Origin: Alteromonadaceae bacterium
GTDB lineage: Bacteria > Pseudomonadota > Gammaproteobacteria > Enterobacterales > Alteromonadaceae
Direction of reading: 5' to 3'
NCBI GenBank assembly: GCA_013373625.1
Contig: JABXHM010000052.1
Span: 1 to 32,000, forward strand
Length of the DNA stretch: 32,000 nucleotides
The position numbers and the translations under genes are program-made. Numbering within the stretch: position 1 is the stretch's first letter; every line of letters begins with the position of its first letter. The notes under the pieces were generated by a model. The model made no database searches. It was not told where the DNA came from and saw nothing but the letters and a program-made list of their open reading frames with translations. Shown here piece by piece: positions 25,510-32,000 of this stretch.

Positions 25510-27891
25510 TTATTTGAGCAATCGCGTTGAGTTAGTAACCACAATGATACTACTTAATGACATACCGATCACGGCCATCCAGGGTAAAAGCAGGCCAGAT
25601 ACGGCAAAAGGTAAAATCAGTACGTTATAACCCAGTGCCCAAAACATGTTCTGGCGGATTTTATTACGGGATCTGCCCGCAATATCAAGCAGGACAGGTA
25701 CGGTCGACAGTGAGTCACTCAGTAGCACGACATCTGCTGCGTTGCGCGCAACATCATTGGCATTTCCCACCGCCACTGAAACGTCGGCACTGGCCAGAAC
25801 CGGTGCATCGTTAATGCCATCGCCAAGCATCATAACCTGCTCACCGGCGGCTTGCAGTTGTTGCACAGCACGGTATTTTTGTTCTGGCGTTAAGCCTCCG
25901 GTGGCCGCTGTCAGTGGTAAATGTGCAGCCAGAGAATCAACATTGCGCTGGGTATCACCGCTAAGTAAAACCAGTTTATATTTGTGCAGCAAAGTCAGTG
26001 TGGCGGCGCTATCTGATTTGAGACTATCTGCGACCTCAAACGCTGCCACGCACTGGCCTTCGCAGGTCAGAAATACATTCGCTGCAATGGGCACTGACTG
26101 CGGGTTGGTGCCGGTGAATGTTGCCGAGCCCAGCTGCCATTGTTGATCGCTCAGTGTACCGCTAATGCCGCCACCTATGCTGACTTCAAAGTGACTCACC
26201 GCTAACAGGTTGTCGCATACAAAAGCGCGGCTGATAGGGTGCTCAGATCGTGCCTCAAGACTGGCAGCAACGGCGAATAGCCGGGATGGGTCCTGGCCAC
26301 TTACATACCAACTGTGAATAATGCCAAACTTTCCCTCAGTGAGCGTACCGGTTTTATCCAGGGCAATGGTATTGACAGTGGTTAGTTGCTCAAGTGCATC
26401 GGCCCGCTTTAACAAAATACCTTGTTTGTTTAACCTGGCCATTGCACAGGTTAGTGCAGAGGGGGTGGCTAATCCTAAAGCACAGGGGCAGGTGGCAACC
26501 AACACGGCAATTGCAATCCAAAAGGCATTATCACTGCCTTGCCAATACCAGTAACTATAGGTGGCAGCACTGATTAGCAGTACAGCGAATACAAAATAGC
26601 GGGAGAATTTATCGGCTAACTGCGCGGCCTTCGGCTTATTTGCCATCGCGGTGGATTGCAGGCGGATAATTTGATTCACCAGGGCGTATTTGAGTTGCTG
26701 GTGAACTTCGACCACGAGCGTACTTCTTTGATTTACTGTGCCACCATACACCATTGCACCGGCTGCTTTTTTTACCGGCTCAAACTCACCGGTTAGCATA
26801 GACTCATCAATGGCTGAACTACCTTCAATAATGCGCCCGTCGATGGGAACTGTCTCTCCGGGTTTCACAATGACTTTGTCACCTATTGAAAGGTGCTTCG
26901 CTAAGCATGCGGTAATATTGCCATCTGCGCTTAAACGCTGGGCGGTGACGGGTATGTACTGCATCATGTTAGCTGAGATCTGCGTGGCACGATGCCTTGA
27001 ACGGTGTTCTAAATAGCGGCTGAGCAGGAGTAAAAAAATGAACATACAAATCGATTCAAAGTACACATCACCACTTTGCAGTAAGGTGGCCTTTAAACCC
27101 GCAATATAGGTACCGAATACGGCAATAGTAACGGGCACGTCCATATTAACAGTGCGTGCGGATATCGCTTTAATGGCGCCCAAATAAAATGTACTGCCTG
27201 AATAAAACACCACCGGCGTTGTGAGCACCAGTGCAACCCAGTAAAAGTATTGTCGGGTTTCCTGTTCAATATTGCCGAACAGATCAAAATATAAGCCGGT
27301 CATTAGCATCATAACCTGCATGGTCATAAGCCCTGCGAGCCCTAGCTTTTTTAAAAACTGTTTTTGTTCACTCTGATAAGACGCTTCATGTTGATCAGGT
27401 TGAAAGGGGAGTGCTGTGTAGCCAATTTTTTTAAGCGCGTTCAGAATGCCGCTCAATTGTATCGCCTCGGGTATCCAACTGACTACAGCCCGACGTTCAG
27501 ATACATTTACTGCCACCTGGGCGATACCGGTGACGCGGGCCAGTTGTTTTTCGATTAGCCAGCCACAGGCGGCACAGGTAATACCTTCAACCGTGAGCTG
27601 AATTTCTTTTTGTGCGCCGTCATCGTAAACAAAATCCTCCTGTAACGCAGGATCGTCATACATTGATAGCTTTGACAAGGTGTCTGTTAAGTCAGCGTTG
27701 CCCTGAGCGGCAGGCTCGGTTCGAAACTGATAGTAATCTTCCAGACCGTTCTCGACGATTGCTTCTGCAACAGCCTGGCAACCCGGACAACACATTATGC
27801 GATCTTTGCCTAATACCACAGCATGATACTGGCTGTCGTTGTCTGCTGGCAGGCCGCAGTGATAACACTCAGGATTGGATGGGGTAGTCAT
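25510..27891 (-). CDS. ccoI: Copper-translocating P1B-type ATPase CcoI/FixI
   Basis: TCPCALGLATP (CPC), DKTGTLT and GDGINDAP. N-terminal CYHCG/CCPGC and the HMA-like GITCAACG. ATG at 27891 (MTTPSNPECYHCG) overlaps the ccoH stop by 1 nt (TAATG). The ORF-track start at 27951 lies inside ccoH. Confidence 0.93.
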   Translation of the reverse strand: MTTPSNPECYHCGLPADNDSQYHAVVLGKDRIMCCPGCQAVAEAIVENGLEDYYQFRTEPAAQGNADLTDTLSKLSMYDDPALQEDFVYDDGAQKEIQLTVEGITCAACGWLIEKQLARVTGIAQVAVNVSERRAVVSWIPEAIQLSGILNALKKIGYTALPFQPDQHEASYQSEQKQFLKKLGLAGLMTMQVMMLMTGLYFDLFGNIEQETRQYFYWVALVLTTPVVFYSGSTFYLGAIKAISARTVNMDVPVTIAVFGTYIAGLKATLLQSGDVYFESICMFIFLLLLSRYLEHRSRHRATQISANMMQYIPVTAQRLSADGNITACLAKHLSIGDKVIVKPGETVPIDGRIIEGSSAIDESMLTGEFEPVKKAAGAMVYGGTVNQRSTLVVEVHQQLKYALVNQIIRLQSTAMANKPKAAQLADKFSRYFVFAVLLISAATYSYWYWQGSDNAFWIAIAVLVATCPCALGLATPSALTCAMARLNKQGILLKRADALEQLTTVNTIALDKTGTLTEGKFGIIHSWYVSGQDPSRLFAVAASLEARSEHPISRAFVCDNLLAVSHFEVSIGGGISGTLSDQQWQLGSATFTGTNPQSVPIAANVFLTCEGQCVAAFEVADSLKSDSAATLTLLHKYKLVLLSGDTQRNVDSLAAHLPLTAATGGLTPEQKYRAVQQLQAAGEQVMMLGDGINDAPVLASADVSVAVGNANDVARNAADVVLLSDSLSTVPVLLDIAGRSRNKIRQNMFWALGYNVLILPFAVSGLLLPWMAVIGMSLSSIIVVTNSTRLLK

Positions 27892-28382
27892 TAAGGTACA
27901 AATCGTATTGCGCCACTTCGCGGTAAAGCAATTGTTTGCTGAACTTTCCATTGCTCATCGAGTGGCGATAAAGATACTTTCCACTTACCAGCGGTATCCT
28001 GCTCCGTATAGCCGCGATAAATACCGCTGGCGTCACGGGTCAGTAATATCGAGAAATCCTTATCTTCGAGGGTTACATGGTAAAAATTCAGTTTTAGTGC
28101 GTTTCCTGTAGCCGGGATACCACTATGAAATTCAAGCGCAATCTCTCCGCCATGAATGGTTAAATCGGTCATGATACGCAGGCGCCGTGCCGCTTCAACT
28201 TTTGCCATGCTGGCATTAATGGCCTTACCTTCTTTGTAATAATCATCCACTACCAGAGAATCTTCCGTGTTGGTAGCAAAGTAAATTACAAAATACCCGA
28301 CAATAAATGATGATGTGGGTACCGCAATCAGAAACCATGGCCAAAAGTACTTGTACCAGGGTTTCGTGTCAGTTGTTTCCAT
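27891..28382 (-). CDS. ccoH: FixH/CcoH-family cbb3 oxidase assembly protein
   Basis: 163 aa. N-terminal KPWYKYFWPWFLI followed by one TM, then VVDDYYKEGKAIN, which is characteristic of FixH-domain proteins. Located between ccoP and ccoI. Confidence 0.8.
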   Translation of the reverse strand: METTDTKPWYKYFWPWFLIAVPTSSFIVGYFVIYFATNTEDSLVVDDYYKEGKAINASMAKVEAARRLRIMTDLTIHGGEIALEFHSGIPATGNALKLNFYHVTLEDKDFSILLTRDASGIYRGYTEQDTAGKWKVSLSPLDEQWKVQQTIALPRSGAIRFVP

Positions 28383-28430
28383 TACCGCAATACCTAATGA
28401 ATGTTATGGAGAGGGGAGTATTTTCGCATA

Positions 28431-28458
28431 AAAAAGCCCCGTAAAAACGAGGCTTTTA
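28431..28458 (-). terminator. Rho-independent (bidirectional-looking) terminator after ccoP
   Basis: AAAAAGCCCCG-taaaaa-CGAGGCTTTT, with one mismatch in the stem and A-/T-runs on both sides. It starts 15 nt after the ccoP stop. Confidence 0.6.
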
Positions 28459-28472
28459 ATAATTAACGACAA

Positions 28473-29429
28473 TTAGTTAGACAAGCTGTAAACGTAAGTT
28501 GCTACAACATGAATTTTATCTTCACCAAGGGTTTTCTTAAACGATGGCATAACACCGTTACGACCGTAGGTTAAGGTTTCGGTAATGGCACGCTCAGAGC
28601 CGCCATATAACCAGGTATTGTCGGTTAGGTTAGGCGCACCAAGTGCCTGGTTACCTTTACCATCCATACCGTGGCACGCTGCACACACTGCAAACCGGGC
28701 TTTACCAGCTTCTGCAAGTTTATCGTGATTTTCTTCCACTTCACGGCCACTCAGACTTAGCACATAAGCAACGGTTTCTTTAATGCCTTGTTCGCCCATT
28801 GAATCAATCCACGCAGGCATTGCTGCATTACGACCATTGGTAAGGGTTTCTTTGATCTTGGCACCAGTACCACCATACAACCAGTCATCATCGGTAAGGT
28901 TAGGGAAGCCGGTATTACCACGTGCATCCGAGCCATGACACTGCGAACAGTTTTGCATGAACAGACGCTGACCCACTTTAACGGCTTCTTCGTTATTCAC
29001 CAATTCTTCAACCGGTACTTTTGCGTACGCTTCAAAAATTGGGTCAAACTTTTCAGCAGCATAATCGAGCTCACGATCATACTGTACTATTAAACCTTGT
29101 TCTTTAGCGTCGGCGCGAGCCTGCGCTGACTCTTCTAATGACTGAATGTTCTGGTTAGAACTTCTCCAGCCCCAAAAACCCTCGAATGCACCTAATCCAG
29201 GGTACAGCGCCAGGTAAAAAAAGCTCCATACAATAGTGATGTAAAACAGAATGGTCCACCATCTTGGCAGCGGATTATTGATCTCAACAATCCCGTCAAA
29301 TTCGTGTCCCATTGACTCGCCTTCCGGATGACCGGTGAAGTTCGTCAAATTCCAACGTAACAGCAAGTAACTTCCGACGATGGTTCCCAGTGTGATCACA
29401 GAGATCCAAATTGTCCAAAACATGCTCAT
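28473..29429 (-). CDS. ccoP: cbb3-type cytochrome c oxidase subunit III (diheme cytochrome c)
   Basis: 318 aa. N-terminal TM, FixP-type start region, two heme-binding sites CSQCHG and CAACHG. Confidence 0.95.
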   Translation of the reverse strand: MSMFWTIWISVITLGTIVGSYLLLRWNLTNFTGHPEGESMGHEFDGIVEINNPLPRWWTILFYITIVWSFFYLALYPGLGAFEGFWGWRSSNQNIQSLEESAQARADAKEQGLIVQYDRELDYAAEKFDPIFEAYAKVPVEELVNNEEAVKVGQRLFMQNCSQCHGSDARGNTGFPNLTDDDWLYGGTGAKIKETLTNGRNAAMPAWIDSMGEQGIKETVAYVLSLSGREVEENHDKLAEAGKARFAVCAACHGMDGKGNQALGAPNLTDNTWLYGGSERAITETLTYGRNGVMPSFKKTLGEDKIHVVATYVYSLSN

Positions 29430-29434
29430 GAGTG

Positions 29435-29605
29435 TTAACTCCCGCTATTCTTTTTTGATTCTTCTTTGTCTTCGTCTGCAAACACCAGATTGGCAGCTTC
29501 GTCGAATTTCTTCTTGTTGCGACTGCTGAATGCCCACCAAACGATGCCAATAAAAATGACGAAGACGATAACAGTAAAAATGCTGCCTACAATTCCTTGA
29601 TCCAT
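29435..29605 (-). CDS. ccoQ: cbb3-type cytochrome c oxidase subunit IV (CcoQ), 56 aa; absent from the ORF track
   Basis: Hand translation: MDQGIVGSIFTVIVFVIFIGIVWWAFSSRNKKKFDEAANLVFADEDKEESKKNSGS*. It has a single TM followed by a basic/acidic tail, as in CcoQ. The ATG is 1 nt after the ccoO TAA, and its stop is 5 nt before the ccoP ATG. Confidence 0.85.
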   Translation of the reverse strand: MDQGIVGSIFTVIVFVIFIGIVWWAFSSRNKKKFDEAANLVFADEDKEESKKNSGS

Positions 29606-29606
29606 A

Positions 29607-30212
29607 TTATTTCAGATATGTGCCAAGAGATTGTAGATAAGCAATAAGGGCTTCCATTTCGGTTTTGCCTTTTACTGCTGCCTGCGCGCCTTCAATGTCT
29701 TCTTCCGTGTAAGGGACGCCCAAACTTTGGAATACAGCCATCTTTTTAGCGGTGTCTTCACCGGTTAACGTGTTTTCTGCTAACCATGGAAAACCTGGCA
29801 TATTTGATTCTGGTACAACATCGCGCGGGTTCATCAGGTGAACACGGTGCCATTCATCGCTATAACGTTGACCAACCCGGGCCAAATCAGGGCCAGTACG
29901 CTTTGAGCCCCACAGGAATGGATGTTCCCATACTGACTCACCGGCTACCGAATAGTGACCGTAACGTTCGGTTTCAGCCCGGAAAGGCCGAACCATCTGG
30001 CTATGACAACCAACACATCCTTCACGAATGTATATGTCACGACCTTCGAGCTGTAACGCAGTGTAAGGCTCAAGACCCTCTACTGGCTCCATCACCTGTT
30101 GCTGAAACATTAATGGCGTGATTTGCACCAGTGCACCAAAACTAATGGCAATCAAAATTAAAACGGTGAGCAGGCCAACGTTTTTTTCTATTATTTCATG
30201 TGGATTACGCAT
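29607..30212 (-). CDS. ccoO: cbb3-type cytochrome c oxidase subunit II (monoheme)
   Basis: 201 aa. N-terminal [11 protein letters not shown] plus a TM, and a single heme site [12 protein letters not shown]. Confidence 0.96.
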   Translation of the reverse strand: MRNPHEIIEKNVGLLTVLILIAISFGALVQITPLMFQQQVMEPVEGLEPYTALQLEGRDIYIREGCVGCHSQMVRPFRAETERYGHYSVAGESVWEHPFLWGSKRTGPDLARVGQRYSDEWHRVHLMNPRDVVPESNMPGFPWLAENTLTGEDTAKKMAVFQSLGVPYTEEDIEGAQAAVKGKTEMEALIAYLQSLGTYLK

Positions 30213-30224
30213 ATGTACTACTCC

Positions 30225-31652
30225 TTACGCTGCCGCTGGTTCAGCAGCCAGGCTACCTTTCGGTGCACGGACTGTTTTGTAGGTGTTGTAAGCCATAATA
30301 AGCATACCGGCAACAACGAAGCAGCCGCCTACGAAACGAACAACATAAAACGGTTTAGACGCTTCCAACGACTCCACAAAGCTGTATGTCAGCGTGCCAT
30401 CAGCATTCACTGCACGCCACATCAGGCCTTGCAGTACGCCGGACATCCACATTGCGACGATGTATAATACAACACCGATAGTCGCAAACCAGAAATGCAC
30501 GTTTACCAGTTTGGTGCTGTACATCGCTCTTTGATTAAACAATACCGGGATTAGGTGGTAAATAGAGCCGATAGAAACCATGGCAACCCAACCTAATGCA
30601 CCTGAGTGTACGTGGCCAATCGTCCAGTCGGTATAATGTGATAACGCATTAACCGTCTTGATAGCCATCATTGGCCCTTCAAACGTCGACATGCCATAGA
30701 ATGATAACGACACAATCAGGAAGCGCAGAACGGGGTCTGTACGCAGCTTATGCCATGCACCTGAAAGGGTCATGATGCCGTTGATCATGCCGCCCCAGGA
30801 GGGCACGAATAATATAACTGACATCACCATGCCTAATGACTGAGTCCAGTCTGGCAGGGCAGTGTAGTGTAAGTGGTGAGGACCGGCCCAGATATACAGT
30901 GAAATAAGCGCCCAGAAGTGGACTATCGATAAACGGTAAGAGTAAACAGGGCGTCCTGCTTGCTTAGGCACGAAATAATACATCATACCTAAGAAGCCTG
31001 CTGTCAAAAAGAAACCAACAGCGTTATGTCCGTACCACCACTGCATCATCGCATCGACTGCACCGGCGTATATAGAATAAGATTTCATGAATGAAACAGG
31101 CAACGCCATGCTGTTACCAATATGTAACACCGCAACCGTTAACATAAAGGCGCCGAGGAACCAGTTTGCCACATAAATATGAGACACCTTACGAATCGCA
31201 AGGGTGCCGAAGAAATTGATAATGTAAGCCACCCAAACTAAGGCGATTAGAATATCAATTGGCCATTCCAGCTCTGCATATTCCTTACTGGTTGTGTAAC
31301 CAAAAGGTAATGTCAGTACGGCCGCAACGATCACTGCTTGCCAGCCCCAAAACGTAAACTGGGCGAGCTTATCGCTAAACAAACGAACCTGACAGGTACG
31401 CTGCACAATGTAATAGGACGTTGCGAACAATGCACAACCACCGAAAGCAAAAATAACGGCATTGGTGTGCAAAGGGCGGAGGCGAGAATAGGTTAACCAT
31501 GGAATGTCGAAGTTAAGAGCAGGGGCGAATAATTGCGCAGCAATAAATACCCCAAGGCCCATTCCCACGATACCCCAAATAATGGTCATAATGGTAAACT
31601 GCCGTACAACTTTGTAGTTGTAATCTGGCTGTGCTTGGCTTATTTCACTCAT
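30225..31652 (-). CDS. ccoN: cbb3-type cytochrome c oxidase subunit I
   Basis: 475 aa polytopic protein with the heme-copper His motifs [18 protein letters not shown] and [10 protein letters not shown]. Confidence 0.97.
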   Translation of the reverse strand: MSEISQAQPDYNYKVVRQFTIMTIIWGIVGMGLGVFIAAQLFAPALNFDIPWLTYSRLRPLHTNAVIFAFGGCALFATSYYIVQRTCQVRLFSDKLAQFTFWGWQAVIVAAVLTLPFGYTTSKEYAELEWPIDILIALVWVAYIINFFGTLAIRKVSHIYVANWFLGAFMLTVAVLHIGNSMALPVSFMKSYSIYAGAVDAMMQWWYGHNAVGFFLTAGFLGMMYYFVPKQAGRPVYSYRLSIVHFWALISLYIWAGPHHLHYTALPDWTQSLGMVMSVILFVPSWGGMINGIMTLSGAWHKLRTDPVLRFLIVSLSFYGMSTFEGPMMAIKTVNALSHYTDWTIGHVHSGALGWVAMVSIGSIYHLIPVLFNQRAMYSTKLVNVHFWFATIGVVLYIVAMWMSGVLQGLMWRAVNADGTLTYSFVESLEASKPFYVVRFVGGCFVVAGMLIMAYNTYKTVRAPKGSLAAEPAAA

Positions 31653-31831
31653 TGTAATGAATCTTCCACTTCTTTTTTAAAAAGGGTTTCCAACCGCGAT
31701 ACTGACGTATTTTCAAGAGAGGTTGCGGACTTCTCCTGAGCCTGAAGTTGTCGATTTATTGTCTACAGGCCAGTTGGTATCGCGGATAATAAAGTTTTTA
31801 ATAATAAAAAGATACCATAAACTGGGGTCGC

Positions 31832-31845
31832 TTGATCTTCGTCAA
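31832..31845. promoter_or_regulatory. FNR/ANR box upstream of ccoN
   Basis: TTGAT-cttc-GTCAA matches TTGAT-N4-ATCAA at 9 of 10 positions. It is centred about 186 nt upstream of the ccoN ATG, in the divergent intergenic region. Confidence 0.5.
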
Positions 31846-31881
31846 TAAAGAAAAATTAGCTTTTACAAAATAGTGATATAA

Positions 31882-32000
31882 ATGATCAAATTATTAACAT
31901 TTCAGCATGGCAAAATACAGCTCAAAACGCTCTTTACTGTGTGTTTATTCGTCAGCGTATCGATTGTTACAATCTTTTTAAGTTTGCCTGAGCGTCATCA
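31882..32000 (+). CDS. Possible 5' end of a membrane-anchored protein (partial, runs off the window)
   Basis: ATG at 31882, open for 39 codons to the window end (MIKLLTFQHGKIQLKTLFTVCLFVSVSIVTIFLSLPERH), with a hydrophobic segment. No clear SD, and too short for the ORF track. Confidence 0.3.
   Translation, partial: MIKLLTFQHGKIQLKTLFTVCLFVSVSIVTIFLSLPERH

Noticed and set aside
25646-26146. 166-aa plus-strand ORF, and several other 60-110-aa ORFs antisense to ccoI, uvrC, the kinase, LicD and others
   Set aside because: All lie entirely inside well-supported genes on the opposite strand or in another frame, and they have Ser/Arg/Ala/Cys-rich shadow-ORF composition with no start signals. They are typical antisense artefacts.
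29296-29550. 84-aa minus-strand ORF overlapping the ccoP start
   Set aside because: It is out of frame with both ccoP and the hand-found ccoQ, has no SD, and has odd composition. The ccoQ frame explains this region.
1-32000. Searched by eye for CRISPR arrays, IS/transposase genes, integrases, rRNA, toxin-antitoxin pairs and known defence-system genes
   Set aside because: No regularly spaced repeats were found, and no DDE/tyrosine-recombinase motifs appear in any ORF. All large ORFs are accounted for by the functions listed above. A manual scan cannot exclude short or degenerate repeats.

Overview
The window looks like chromosomal DNA from a marine gammaproteobacterium, Alteromonadales- or Vibrionales-like. 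That assignment is inferred from synteny and composition only. Most of it is conserved core. On the left are a cytoplasmic hybrid histidine kinase, a GAF/degenerate-GGDEF protein, then uvrY(gacA)-uvrC-pgsA followed by a tRNA-Gly/Cys/Leu operon, the same order as E. coli glyW-cysT-leuZ. In the middle are sseA-cobB, a LysE-family exporter, and a three-gene envelope operon (membrane protein, Bax-like glucosaminidase, DUF2987-like). On the right, all on the minus strand, are ccoNOQP, ccoH-ccoI-ccoS, a DsbD_2/TauE-like gene, fnr, uspE, ttcA and a patatin gene. Directly after tRNA-Leu lies an accessory segment of about 9 kb (about 7365-16300) with no integrase. It carries long non-coding stretches, an orphan sulfotransferase, an AraC/GyrI-like regulator and a compact phosphonate module. 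That module has a cytidylyltransferase-PEP mutase fusion (EDK-X5-NS motif present), phosphonopyruvate decarboxylase and an Fe-dependent alcohol dehydrogenase, and it faces a 605-aa LicD-family transferase with a large unknown N-terminal region. This is the fom1/fom2/fomC logic of fosfomycin biosynthesis, which makes CMP-activated 2-hydroxyethylphosphonate. Here there is no methyltransferase, epoxidase or aminotransferase, and a LicD transferase is present instead. My main hypothesis is that the module decorates a cell-surface glycan with 2-hydroxyethylphosphonate, and the nearby sulfotransferase may add a further modification. I saw no CRISPR array, IS element or rRNA. ccoQ (56 aa) is missing from the ORF track and was recovered by hand. 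Several ORF-track starts are too long and were trimmed to starts that are translationally coupled to the upstream gene.
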